Below, in pieces: positions 11,201 through 25,149 of a stretch of DNA of 64,000 nucleotides. Source of the DNA: Trichoplax adhaerens. Taxonomy: Eukaryota > Animalia > Placozoa. Positions within the stretch are counted from its first letter, which is position 1. Each line of letters opens with the position of its first letter. Location of the stretch: positions 2,565,172 to 2,629,171 of the forward strand of contig NW_002060945.1 in NCBI RefSeq assembly GCF_000150275.1, in the 5' to 3' direction. The notes beneath the pieces were generated by a model. The model ran no database searches, was not told the origin of the DNA, and was given only the letters and a program-made list of their open reading frames with translations. Both the position numbers and the translations under genes were made by a program.

Positions 11201-14200
11201 GGTAAAATAATTTGCATGATAAAGGGAACGACAGGCTATGAATTTAAATTTAATTTTCAGTCAAACTGTTACTGAAAACTCCTTTGCGCCCGTCTATTTC
11301 GTTTGATTGTACTATAACTCAACAAATTATCTCATCTTAAATTAGACATTAACGAATGCTGGCATAACAAAGGTGGATGTCAATATAAGTGCCACAACAT
11401 CCTTCATGGCTATTATTGTAGTTGTCCAGTTGGACAGGAGCTTGATATTAATAACCATACATGTTCAAGTAGGAAGAGCAAAATAATTAGCATTGACACC
11501 AATTGGAAAGCCAACGATTTGTCTCCAGTTTTATTTATTNTGCTACAAGATGTGCTATGCGTTTGCAATATTTATTCTTTCAAATGGATCCTAATAATTG
11601 AAATCCTGTAATACTGACTTTAAATGTCTTACCAATAATTATGATTGACAGATCCATGTGCCACCAATGGAATCAAGTTTAGAAATTCCTTGACAACAAA
11701 ACCTAATTTTTTTAGATTGAGTAAAATGCAACAGCATTGTCAATCTGTTTCTAACGCAAATCAAAATCCAATCCGCTGGTATCAAAGCAATCGTCAGCCA
11801 AATTGTACAGTCATTGCCAAATGGATTAACATTACACACGATAGTAAGCTATTTATTTATAGAGGCTAATGTTAGAACTTTAAATTACCGTAATACGGTG
11901 GGTCATCGTAAATGCCCCAGATTAGCATAGTTAATAGAAATTTAAATGACAGAAATACATTATGGATTATAAAAGTTATGCAGGACCAATCAATTTGAAA
12001 TTTTAGAAATAGCTAGATAATCTATTGCAATCAATAGCAATTTCTAATACAGCAGTATTAATGTTTCGAGCAAGTAACGAAAATGTGATAGAATTAAGCT
12101 AAACTTCTCTTTCTTGCATTGGTTAAGTAACAATACTAATAAAGCCTTATATTTTAACAGATATATACTTTAATAGGATATCAGATGATTTAATTGTACG
12201 ATATGTTTAAATTAATTAATATGAAGGCAATCCCAATCATAAGATAGGAAGAATTTGCTTCCATTTTGGGCTAGAGGAATGTTCATTTGCGGTATCGACT
12301 AGAATTCGAAGCTGTTCTAGTACTGTTTCGTACAAACTGGATCAACTATCGGCTTGTTACTTAGACTATTGCAGTAAAATAGAAGGAGGTAAGATTTAAT
12401 GCGAACAATTGAAAGTCAAAATGGGCATAATCTGTATGCAATGATCATCCTATGCCAGCCTGATTCGATGACTTTTGTTGATAGATTTTAGCTATCAAAA
12501 AAACTAAATTTAACTCAACTTAAAGCGATAATATCTAAAGATATTTCAAATGCTTTATTCTGAAATTATTCAAGCTATAGATCATTGCTTAAATAACAAG
12601 TGTATGCATGGACGCTGCACTGCAAATGATAATGGTTACCAATGTGATTGCAAAGAAGGATATCATGGCAAATATTGTCAATTAGGTATTTTAACTATCT
12701 CCTATAGATTTTTCTAAACACGAAGAGCTCCCTATTATTCAATTTAAAATATTCAAATAATTTCTAAAGCTATCTGAAATTTTTTATTAACAATTTAGAT
12801 CATTGCTCCAACAATCAGTGCAAAAATGGACATTGCCTTACCAAAAAAAATGGTTATACATGTAAATGCGAGAATGGATATAATGGCGAATACTGCCAAT
12901 TTAGTATCGGTGTGTTGAGGATCATCCATAGATTATGCTCGTATATGTAACTAAGATTTGTAGTGATTTAATTCATAATAATCAAACAAGCCCTAAATGG
13001 ATTTCCATTTCGTTATGATGTTTTTAGATTATTGCTCTAATAACCGGTGTGTAAATGGAATTTGTGTCTCCAACAAATATGGATATACATGCAGCTGCCA
13101 AGATGGATATCATGGCAAATACTGTCAACTAGGTAGATTAATTATCTCCTTTAGATTTCTAATAGCAGCAAGATATCTCTCGAATTTAATTTAGAAAATT
13201 TAAATAATCACAAAAGACCCACATCTTCAATGTCTTATTTGTGCCTTAGATCGCTGCTCCAATAATAAGTGCAAAAACGGGCTTTGCGTCGTCAATAAAA
13301 ATACCTACAAATGCAAATGCAGAGAAGGATTTTACGGAGGATACTGTCAGTACGGTATGTTGGTCTTCTTTTGTATATTTTTAATATATCATAAGAAATT
13401 CTATTTACCAGTAGTCAATTTACTGAAGTTTTAGAGATTTGTAGTTGCACTTTCTAAGTTAATAGTCGGATCGTTATGATATCTATAAATAGTATGTTAT
13501 ATATAAGTTTTCAAAAAAGTCCTACTACACAACAACAGTATGTATCACCATCAAAATAGTATACGTCGAATCTAGTCAATAACTTATACTGCGATGACTA
13601 TCCAGTAACAGATTAGTACTCTAATCCAGATACTAGACAGTTCGATTGGCAATATGGGCAGATTCTTAAAATTGATAGATTCTCCTATGATTATAGTTGG
13701 AGTATACAGTAGCTATCTGCTCGCAGATAGAACATAATGTAACTAATACAGTTGCGATATTACTTATCGACGAACAAAATTAACACGGACATTTTCCAGT
13801 GTAGACTATGGCGTTATTTCATGTTTACAGTCACTCTATCTAATTTAACAGTTAATCACCATTTTAATCGCTATTTACCTGGTTAATGCATTAACATTAG
13901 CAGCGACTAGGATATAATGCCTACCGAAATTAAGAGTTAACGTATTCCAATCTGAACTAGAAATGCTTTAATTACTCGTAACGTATAAATACGAATAGAA
14001 CTAAATATCAATGTCTTCCTGAAACTAAAATCAGTGAATCATTGCAAACCAAATCCTTGTCAAAATGGTCAATGTATCGAGCATATTAACGGTTATGGCT
14101 GCCTTTGCAATCCAGGATACTATGGCAGACTTTGTAATCAAAGTAAGTTAGATCTTACTTCAATAATTTGAATTATAAATTTATGCGTATATTTCTAGTC

Positions 14201-17200
14201 GTCAGCCGGATTGTGTGACTTTACAGCAGTGTTTGATAGAGTAACAGATTATACAGATTGAAGGCCTTTTATAAATAGCTTGTCGCATAACGAATATAAT
14301 ACAAGTTAATTTTGGTTGTAATACTTCAATATTATAATTTAAAAGCAGTCTTGAATATTATACTTTAATATGCAATTTAACCTTGTAAAAAGTAATTTTA
14401 GTTGTAATACTTTAATATTACAATTTAAAAGTAACTTTGGAAGTGATAATTCCATACTGCAATTTAAAAGCAGTTTTGGATTTAATTACGGCGGATTTCA
14501 TTGCGTTAATATCAACTTTAAATGGTCAAGATTCAACATTAGCAAATCTTGAACAAATTTTAGTAGATTACTGTATAGCTTATTTTTATATTATAAAGTA
14601 CACAAAGGTATTACTGGTATATAAATTTGATCATAGCAATGATATCCATGTCGTGTAAGGAAAGTCTTCACCAAGGACTACAAAATAAGAAAGAAACGAG
14701 ACTGTCAGCGGCTGTCAGTGCAAATAATGATGAGGCTTATCATTTTTCCGGCCATTCTACTATACGATACGAATGAAAACGTATACCATACTGCACAAAA
14801 CCAACCTAGCAGCTAATTTTTAGTATAGTCAACAGCCGTTGGGAGTCCCGTTTCTTTCTTCTTTTAGTAGTCCCTGTCTTCACCAGGCGATCCTAGTCAA
14901 AGCTTATCGGCCCTGAGCTAAGCTTAATAATATGCATTTTAGCCAGCTGCTATACATATAACCTTATTTCGAGCTTTAGCTGTATCTTAGATGTTACCTC
15001 TTAGAATTCTAGTATATGAGTATATCACATGTCTAACAATTTCTTCTCACAATGCTAGACTATTGTAATCCTAGTCCATGTAATAATGGCCAATGTGAAC
15101 TTCGTAACTATGGATATTATTGCAATTGCTCAGCAGGATTTTATGGAAGAGAATGTCAATCTTGTTAGACTAAGACAATATAATTGAAAGATAATTTGCT
15201 AATGTTTTATTTTCATATTCTTTTCTCTTACATAAAATTAAATTTATTACTATTCTGATAGCTTATGGTTGCCACTCCAATCCTTGTCAAAATGATGGCC
15301 AATGTCAGTCATTACAACCTGGTTATCGTTGCCTTTGTAAGAACGGATACTACGGGAACAACTGCCAAAATCGTGAGTAAATTAGCAGCTATTTAATAAT
15401 CTTTTCATCACTCTCTCATAATTAATCCGTCACTGTTTAATATACAAATCAAATATTGAAAGATTGAACATTCAAAAGCAAGCTATTGCACAATATTAGC
15501 TTGCTATTGGCTTGCTCATTAAAATGTTATTTTATTAAGCCGTAGGTCTTACAATAACTACGGTATCTAATATTCTAGAAACCCTAAGTATTAACTGGCA
15601 ATTTGTTTTCTATAACAAAGCAATCAAAATCTTTTAGGTGTTTTTAATTTTACTACCGGTAAAATTTTGAACTAATATTCATTAATGTAGATGTTTGCCG
15701 AACAAATCCTTGCAAGAATAGTGGAGAATGCGAGCCCACATACGGAAGTTATTACAAATGCCGTTGCCATTCTGGATACTATGGATCCCATTGTGAAAAG
15801 CGTTAGTAATTTGGACATATCTAGTTAGATGAACTCATTCTGAACGATTTCAAGTAAAATTCCTTTTTAGAATGATTTAAGCACATATATAAACATTACT
15901 ATTATGCTATGAAGTGAAGTGAAATATTAGAGATTCCATTTTCATATTATGACCGTAATCTATACAAAATATTGTCGGTTTCACTTTAATCATTACTATG
16001 ACATTTTTTAGTCGATCCGCTACGATATCTCAAAGTTTCAAATCGTTTGATAGTAATATTTACCTCAGTTTCTCCTTCTACCTATTAAGATCACAGTCAA
16101 TGACGGAATTTTGTTTTGCATTATTAATACTTTAGTAGTCTTGGGTCAACAAATTTAACCAACTGTAAAACGGTTGGATGAGTTAGCGTCTTCTTTTGCC
16201 TTTTAAGATTATAGTCAGTAAAAGAATTTAATTTAGATTATTAATATTTAATAGTCTTGGACCAAAGAATGTAACCAATTTTAAAAGAGGGGTTCGATGA
16301 GTCAGCGGTAGCAAATTTATCGCTAATTGAGAGAATCAAACCAAAACTTTAATAAATATAGTTCCATAGCTAAAGACTACCTGTACATTACCGTGTTTAA
16401 TTAAGTCGACGGATACAAACTTATATTTCACACCGGATATAGCCAAGAGAAGGAGCATATTTTCAATTTTGAGTCAATTTCTAATACGAGATTCTATTAT
16501 ATTAGATGTGAAATAACTTTAATTGTCTAGCACATGTGTCCGATTCTAAAGTCTCAATTCAATTCACTTATACGCTCCTAAGCCATGAGGTATTTTAGAG
16601 AGTTTTAAGCTTATCCTTACATGATCATTATTGTTTCATCATTTACAAAACGATAGCTGTCCACTCAAATAGAGTTAAACTTATTAATCGTCATCAGCTA
16701 TAAGACTAAGCATACTGTACCCTGACTGAACTCGTTCTATTGATAATTTAAATGCATCTTTAAAGGCTAATACTACATTCCTATCAGTAACACAGTCAAC
16801 AGTTATAATTTAATGCGGCATATAACTAATGAAAAGAGGATATTTTTAATTTTATGTCAATTTCTATTATGAAATTTTGTTATATCAGAAGTGAAGCAAA
16901 AAGTATTTATTCTTCAGCAGTCGTTTTTAACCTACCGTCTCGACTTACAATAATTTACTTGTTAACACCTGAGTCCTAAGAAATTTTTAGGGTTAAAAGA
17001 TTATCCTTATATACTTATTGCTCCATCATCCTCCTAACAATAGCTGTTCATTCAAGTAGGGGTAAACTTATTAAGAGTCGTCAACTATAAGGCTAAGCAT
17101 AGCGTACCATGGCAGACTTTTCTTTGCGATGACGATCTTTCCCAACAATTACTGTCATGAACTTCTATCTAATGCTTTATAAAAAGTGTAGAATGTAGAA

Positions 17201-20200
17201 ATCAGTAACTTATTTACTAATAAACTAACCCAGCTCTTACTAATATTACTTGTTAGCTTGATAAATTATAATAATATTTCATTTGGATAATATTATTACA
17301 GGAGTTTGCCAGATAAATCCTTGCAAAAACAGCGGAATTTGCGAACCCACATATGGACCTTATTATAGATGTGAATGTCCTTCTGGATTTATGGGCACAC
17401 ATTGTCAGCAAAGTACGTTTACACAAATATGTAAAACATCTTATTAAGTATAATAATTGGGAAGAATCAAGTGAATTTGATTCCGTTAATTTGATCACAT
17501 TCCGTAAATACTGCCACTACGTTATTGAACGCGAAACTAAGATTTAACTACTTACAATGATCATTGGGCAGTGATCAGTCCATATTTCGATCGTGGACTT
17601 GAGAGCTGAGATTTCCTATGAAGTCTTCGTAAAGTATTGAATTTCTGATAGTTTTTATCCAGTTTTACAGTTTAATTCCATTATTTAGAGCTAAAGTAAC
17701 TAGCAGAATAGTATTCTTACGGATAAAGCTCACGACTCTACAGCAGTATCATTCTCAGGTTTAGGCTATGGTGGCCGCTGAAATACGGCGAATGCTAATG
17801 AAAGTCTTAAACTATTACTGATATTACTCATTTAATTTCTGACTTTGAAACCTCATTTCCACGTCTTTATTAATGAAGAGGTTTGCCAGATAAATCCTTG
17901 CAAGAATGGCGGAACCTGTGACCCTATTCATGGACCTTACTATAAATGTCGTTGTAAGACTGGATTCTATGGCGAATTTTGCGAAGACAGTTAGTCTATG
18001 TACAGTATAAAATATATGTATGTAATGCCACATTGGATGATATGATTTCCCAGATGTTAGCCGAGAAATTTATTGCTGAACTAATCCAGATATGCTGCTA
18101 AATTCCATCATTACAGAATATAAGGCTAAGGCTTTAATTTTACAAATTTGAATCGCTAATCTGAGGGAATACTGTAAAATGTGCTATCATATAGTATTCA
18201 TTACGATTAGTATTCGCTGTAGCTATATCTCATTAAATTTTTTCTGGCGTGAACCTGCTTTAATGGCTAGCGTATTTAGAGCAGAATCTTACCTATGATG
18301 AGATTTGAATGGCAATTCTGATAATTTTCATATTGCTCTGCGGATACTTTTTAGCCGCTGATATCTAGTCAGGAAGTTCACAGAAAATGAAAATTATAGA
18401 AATGCCATAAGCCATGAGATATAGTATAGTATGACTTTTGCTAGGCTTTTTTCCTTGACAGGCTCATCTATATAGTCATAAACGGCTATCGAAGTTTAAC
18501 AAGCAATAGATTTTAGCTTTCATCGTTTCTACTATTAATAGATCAATCATATTCATGTTATTATTGCTCCTTGATTAACTGCCCTTTTGCTGACCATCAT
18601 ATTTCAATCTACTGTACATATCTTGAATAAAGGAGTTTGCCAAGCAAATCCTTGCCAAAATAACGGAAAATGTGAACCTATCTATGGAAGGTTTTATAAA
18701 TGTCGATGTCCAAGTGGTTTCCAGGGATTATATTGCGAAAAAAGTTGGTCTCTGAATATTTGTATATTAACATTGAATAAAGTGATCATTTCCTGAAGAA
18801 TTTATTTAACAAATCAGTTTTAAAGTTAAATTAGATATATCTTAAGAGATTGTATAACAGCTATAATTACCTACGATGAGATTATAGAATACTGAATGTT
18901 TACGGTGGCCTTATTCATTTTAAAGCTTAGTATTACAGTCCGATTTAAAATTTTTGCCATGGAGACAATTTTTGATTCAGACAGATTATACTTCTATCAT
19001 GATCGTTCTATGATCTATTTGATAATTTATGCCATCTTAACCATCACAAATATTAATAAAACTAAAAGAAGCTTAGGAGTAGTCATTCTACTTTGCATTT
19101 ACTTACTGTCCTAAATTTTATAGAGCATACGTATTTGCAAGTGTTACGATTTTCTAAAATTTGATTTGATACATGTTTCGTCGTTATATCAGAAAAATTA
19201 ACTTGTAAAGCTAAGCTTTGCCGGAATAACGGAAAATGCTTACCTTCGCGTGATGGTTATCAATGCCTTTGCCAACCTGGATTCAAAGGAGTTTACTGCG
19301 AAATTGGTTAGGTTATATCTAAATCTTGCAATTAGATTCGCTTGAATACTGTACTAAATAAGTTACATGGAATCTAGCTGAGAATTATGTTGTAGGTTCA
19401 AATCGATGAAGCTACTTAATAAGCAAACGGATGTTATTATTATTGTTCATTACACCAGTACATTTTGTATAAATAGCCTCATTTTACAGGAATTCATGAT
19501 ATTATAATAAATTGTGTATTTTAAGCTATTGCTAGCACCAATTAAGGTGATATCGAATGTTGATCCGCGTTTTTGAATTGTGATAAAATAGTCGAAATAG
19601 GGTAAGTTTCCGCTGCAGCAATTTCAATCTTATTCTTTATTTTTTACTATTTTAACTAGAAATTTGTAAGCCTAATCCCTGTGGATATGGTTTATGTGTA
19701 GCCCATAGACGTGGTTATCGTTGCAGATGTAATCCTGGTTATTTTGGACAAAATTGCCAAAAACGTAAGAGTATATTAAAAAAAAGGAGATCATAGAAAA
19801 ATTGCCTCACAATTGAAAGTTCTTAAGAATTATTAACATATTGTAAAGGTTAAATGATTTATTATTATTATAATAATTAAGTATCTGAAAGCTTAATTCA
19901 GCAACTCAAAGCATACCGTACCCATTCTACTGGCGTATCTAATACTCTTACGCTACAGTATATGATATACCCCAGTATCTTGAAGATATTCTGGAATAAA
20001 TAATAAAATACCTTGATGTGTAACGAAATTTGGATCATTTATAAAAATAGTCAGTTAATTTGAGTCATTGTAAATACATTATAGCGAAAACTAGATGGTG
20101 ATCTTGCTAAGCATTGACACCGAGTCTTTAATCTTTTTTAACAAGTTGTAACTATTCGTATATAATATTATACGTGTTATTGTATTATTGCTGTTATTGC

Positions 20201-20887
20201 TATAGGTATTATTGGAGATAATCCGTTTACTTTTACTTTAGCGAACCATAAATACTTGAACTTAACCCATTTTTAGCAAGCTGTAACTATATAATATTAT
20301 ACACGCGACAGCATTATTGCTGTTACTACTAATGCTTATTATTCCGATATTCCGTTTAGTTTGATGTTGACGAGCTATAAATACTTAGATTTTTTCCAAT
20401 TTTAAGGCGCGTGTAATCCTAATCCCTGCCAAAATGGAGGCACATGTATTGCTGATAGGCGAGGGGAAGAATGCCAGTGTAAGTCCAGCTACTTTGGCTT
20501 AAGATGTGAACGTGGTAAGCATAGAACGCTCTATAGGCTTTGTTGAGACAATTATAATTCAATGTTATACGATTCTTAAACCATCGATTACTGAGTAGTA
20601 TCGGTAATTAGCAGTGAAATAGCACTCATGATAGTTAATAAATAAATTAATTCACGCAAAGTATACCTTACCAATTTTATTGGCTTGTAACACTCCATTT
20701 TGTTGAATTAAAGTTCTCGTACATACTCAGATATCATAAAAGAATTTCTCATAGCATCATCAACTCTAAGTATAATGTTAACATGTACTGTGTTTCATTT
20801 TTAGCATGGCCGGTCTGTGGTTGTTGGAATGTAAAATGCATAATAAGGAAAATGCGGACTGGTAAATGTAACATTGGTCAATACTAA
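8231..20887 (+). CDS. Gene B: secreted uromodulin-type D8C plus multi-EGF protein (~1027 aa; SP-EGF2-cbEGF-D8C-EGF-cbEGF2-divergent D8C-EGF14-Cys tail)
   Basis: Signal exons 8231-8260 and 8639-8675 ([22 protein letters not shown]). EGFs 8891-8998, 9155-9265, 9404-9526. D8C 9617-9835 + 10234-10392 (DPC..CD..WYRFNGG..CG..PGWL..HP..CF..C..IKNCG.YYVY.L..P.C.LRYC). EGFs 10752-10856, 11091-11201, 11346-11468. Divergent domain 11652-11843 + 12227-12388. EGF exons start at 12581, 12799, 13028, 13250, 14035, 15059, 15262, 15691, 17302, 17879, 18633, 19193, 19660, 20407. Terminal exon 20805-20887. The summed length is in frame. Confidence 0.85.
14305..14480. repeat. Degenerate ~39-bp tandem repeat (about 4-5 copies) in a gene B intron
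   Basis: The unit resembles agtaattttagttgtaatactttaatattacaatttaaa and recurs with variations. Confidence 0.7.
14672..14876. mobile_element. MITE (~205 bp) with ~45-bp imperfect TIRs and a target-site duplication
   Basis: Left end caaggactacaaaataagaaagaaacgagact..cagcggctgt matches the reverse complement of the right end cagggactactaaaagaagaaagaaacgggactcccaacggctgt. The direct repeat gtcttcacc occurs at 14664-14672 and 14876-14884, giving a 7-9 bp TSD depending on the boundary chosen. Confidence 0.85.
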
Positions 20888-22389
20888 GATTAATGTTGAA
20901 ACTTTTAATCATTTGAATGTTACTATTTTAATTGATTTCAAATCAATTTCTGTACTTAAAATTTGCATGAGTAACTTTATTACCGATATAGTTATCGATT
21001 AAAATTCTACTGTTTCAAGTAGATAAGATGGTAGTGTGTAGTAGTACTCCTGCATTAGTTGTAAAAGTAATTTGCTTGATAACAACGAGTGATTCCGTTT
21101 CACATTCAAGCTAATGATACATGCGATGGCCTGACTGTGCTAAGGCTGTATACTAATAGCTGTATACCAATGATCTTTTCATTTCATTTTCGTACTTGCA
21201 CTTTTCTTAGCGATTATGAGCTGTAATTGTATTCAAATCTAAAGGAAAATATTCTTTACCGCAGTCAGATGAGTAAGGTATAATTAATTTAAAAAGATTT
21301 ATTAGCGATAGCTTTAAAGAAAGAATGTAGTCTCATTTTCATAATTCAACTAAAACCTTAGTTACTGTTACAAAAAGATCTGTTAGCGATAGCTTTGCGG
21401 AAAGTGCGGTAGTACATATTAACGCTCACATTTTCATGATTCAAAACAAAATATTGGAGCAACAATAGGATATATCGATATTATTTTTATTTAAATCTTG
21501 ATCACAGCTGTAATTGCTGCTTACTCATATAGAAAATATCTAAAATAATGCGTTAGCTTATCATTGTCTTCCTCATGAAATTCAATCCATTACCGTAGCG
21601 ATTATTGCGAGGTAGTTACGAAATAAAATATTAAAGAAAGTAAAAGTAATGGAATAAAAGAATGCTCATTCGAAGCAATAAAATATCTCAAATGATATGA
21701 CAAGAGCTCCAGTTTCCTTTCAAACTTCACTTTGTTACGCGAATCGCTTTACCGAAGTGCAAAAGGCTATTATTGAACAGGTATCTGCAGTCTTACAAAA
21801 GCTTGCAATCTAAATCTTGTAACCAACTTTGAACAGCACTGCATGCAAATATCTATCTGAATTGTAGTAATAGCTTCTATTCATTCATTCGATATTACTG
21901 TAGCTAAGTAATCCGACGATTGATTATTGCATTAGAGCTAGTCAAGATAAAATGTGAATAAAATTTCTATGTAGATACTGAGGTAGAAAAAATAGAGAAA
22001 ATATTTGCGTCATTTGAATTTTTATCCTCTACAGTAACCGTACGAATTCTTTTCAATATCTTATCGTAATTGAAAGTTAATTATATTAGCACTAGATACT
22101 TTTTATGTCTATTCTACAGCACGCTTCTGCATGAGTTAAATCACTAAAAATTGCCGTAACTTCAACTAAAAATACAAATCTACTAGTTTCTGAAAATAAG
22201 TATTTATCCTACTATAGCCAAAGTAAATTAACGTTGGAATCAATTAAGGAAATAGGGGAACTTAGCCATAATTACAGCAGTACAAGCTCACGGAATAACA
22301 TGAAATATCCATTTTTGCGAAGATGTGGCGCAAAAACGATATTTTTAACAATTCCTGTGATCTTGTGTGCGAATATAATTTATCTATGA

Positions 22390-24980
22390 TTAATTCTATT
22401 TAGACATGCAAATTGAATTTGTCTCGGACGGCAACTTTGGTAAACTTTAAAACTATATCTATAATTATTAAGTAATGAATTAATGAGCAGAATCAATCTG
22501 AGTTTGGAGTAACACTTGACTGCAATGCAATGCACTGTTATCTGATCTGTTAAGTTAGTAATAATAAAACTTTGTTTTCTTTCTCTTTCATTGACAATTG
22601 CATAAGTATGCAGTACTACGGCATATACTTTTAAAGCCTTATTGACTGTAATGACCGAGTAATAGTCTTTTACTATTGCTATAGGTTCGCGACCTCTAAC
22701 TCTTAATCTGAGTTAGTTAAGTAAATCCTTATGATATGCAATAAACCCTCACAACCGAGAGAGTAGTTTTAAAACTACGTTTATTGTTCCGTCTGTCCGT
22801 GAGAGTGCATTCAATTTTCATCTCTCATATAATCAGTCGAAAACGGTTAAGATAAACGGGATAAACAGACTTCGATTACTTTTACAAGCAATCATTTCCA
22901 TACAAAATCATATAGCATAAGCTTACATCCTATAGTAAACGTATTAATCTAATACTGTTAAAAAACAGAAATCGACCCTGGTTAAGATGAACTGGATAAC
23001 TTTTAACACGTGACTAATAGTTTATCAATATCTATATTAGGACGATGCATTACACACATATTATATATAACTATCATCAAAATAGCATAGATTAACATCA
23101 ATGAAATCATTACTTTGACATATAACACATGGAAATTAAACAACGACTAGACGCGATATTCGTGATGTACAGCATAAAGAATCATGAAGACAAATTAATA
23201 TGGACGATGTTATCTATGGAATAAATGATAGTGTTTTAGATGATCCACCTTCCTTTTTTATAGCCTATGCTTTTTACGTTTATCGAAATATAACTCTACT
23301 CTATACCAATTAGTAAATGAACACTGATACTGATTACGATTTACGAAGTAGATGTTGAAGGAGGTATATAAGGTAAAACTCTAGTGGTATAAAACGATTT
23401 TTCAGTGAATTTATGAGGACTATATTAACATATATTGGAATTATGATTAGTAAGTTGATAGTAAAAATTTTAAAATATGCTTCTTACACAAGATCAAATA
23501 TATTTATAAATGCTATGATTAGATCATATTAGAATTTTAAAATCTTAGATTTAATTTTAATAGAGAATTGTAGCAAGCTAAAAAACCTTCTCAAATATAT
23601 TTTGCTTAAGTAAAGCAATACTACATGAAGCAGAAAGTAATGATCCATTTTTTATACAATAAGCGTATTAATTCGATAATAAACTACTATATGCATGAGT
23701 ATAAGCAGCGTAACGATTTTTTTGATAATTGTAATTAATTACTGGATTTTATTAATTCTAGGCATGACAGAATCGATATTACTTGTGTAGATCAATTAAC
23801 GCCTTGTCATTGTGAACTTATGTTAAAAATACTTTGAAATAAATCTGATGCGAAAATTGGAGTTAATTAATGCTAATATTAACCAAATCAGTGTATTGTT
23901 GATAAATTGACGTTCTTATTGAGAAGGGAGAAACTTGAAGGCAAAACAGTTTTCATTATTATAAGCGTATTTACTGTAGAGATATGAAAACTTAAGCATT
24001 GAGAAAAATATTGGTATAATCAACATCTTAAACATTGTCTTCGTTATTATTGACGACAGATTGCATTTTCAAATGATATACTCAATTTTAACACTTTAAT
24101 GGTAAAATAGCTTTCGTACTAATACTTGTTTACTGAGAGAACTAAATGGTAGGATGATGTAATGAGTAATTGTTTTCCCTATTTATCCGATATCGGTATT
24201 TTTTTTAATGAGGGTAATTGTAATTACTTTTATTTTCCTGGGCTCCTGAAAATATGGACCTTAGACCGCCCTTAGTTTACAAAAATGCAATGTACAATGA
24301 TGCGTAACTGTAAATAGATATGCAAGGGAAATGCCATTCCAGAATTATAATACTTCCGGCTATTGATTTCACAAACAAATACCTCCAGCAATATCTAAAA
24401 ATGTGTACTCTAACATGTATCTTCTCAATTGTATTGGCCTCCCTAAAGAGAAAATTATCTAAGGAATTATAGCAAATGTTTATTTACAGTTGGGTCCAAC
24501 AATACAATATCGATAAGATACTTTCAGTTCATTTCTCGGAAATTAATTATATCGAACATACTGTATCTAATGTGTGAGTATGATTGATCGATGGAAAAAA
24601 CATTTTTTGAGTCAGTATTAGTCATCACAATAATTCAATCATACGTAATCCAACGGTAGCCCTTTTTGAAAACACTTTACTTGTACATCTGTAATCTAGC
24701 CAATTTCATTATATCACAGTATGGGTAATTAATATCGAATCGTACCAAAATATACAAACACCAGATACTATAATACTACAGAACTGTGGTGATAAATTAT
24801 AGTACTAAATAATTAACTTCTAGGTAATATACATTCAAAGTCACTAATTTCGGATTTAAAATGTCTATGAGTTGTTTTCCAATCGCTGCAATAATTAATT
24901 AATAAATATGAACATATTTAATCCTCGTGATGCAAGGAGTTTATTGTTTACTCTTAGGCATGGAAAAAATGAGCAAATGT
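22390..24980 (+). pseudogene. Decayed LRR (possibly Toll-like) gene relic (B-C spacer)
   Basis: Plus-strand fragments: IEFVSDGNFGKL* (~22412), FHLSYNQSKTVKINGINRLRLLLQAIISIQNHIA* (~22801-22920), KILDL (~23540), DMQG../PFQ and LNCIGLPKE (LRR-CT-like, ~24320-24450), and a hydrophobic FFESVLVITII (~24603). Many stops and frameshifts. Confidence 0.5.
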
Positions 24981-25149
24981 TTAGATTATACATTTTTTAA
25001 TAATGATCAGAATACATAAATTTTATAATACACTGCAAAAGTACAGCATTTGCTTTGAAAACTTTACTGCATAGATGATTTTTTGGAATCGACTCGTGCT
25101 ATTACAAGGCTAATAGTAATTTAGCTAGTCAACTGCTCCACTGAAAAAT

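Noticed and set aside
14370-14658. ORFs 14370-14552 and 14437-14658
   Set aside because: They arise from the 39-bp minisatellite and intron sequence, with no splice or domain support.
337-18033. Family of similar minus-strand ORFs (MASIESRLAATFII...) at 337-525, 1018-1227, 1433-1618, 2557-2868, 17253-17498 and 17824-18033
   Set aside because: They are antisense shadows of the repeated EGF exons, and their similarity ends at the exon borders.
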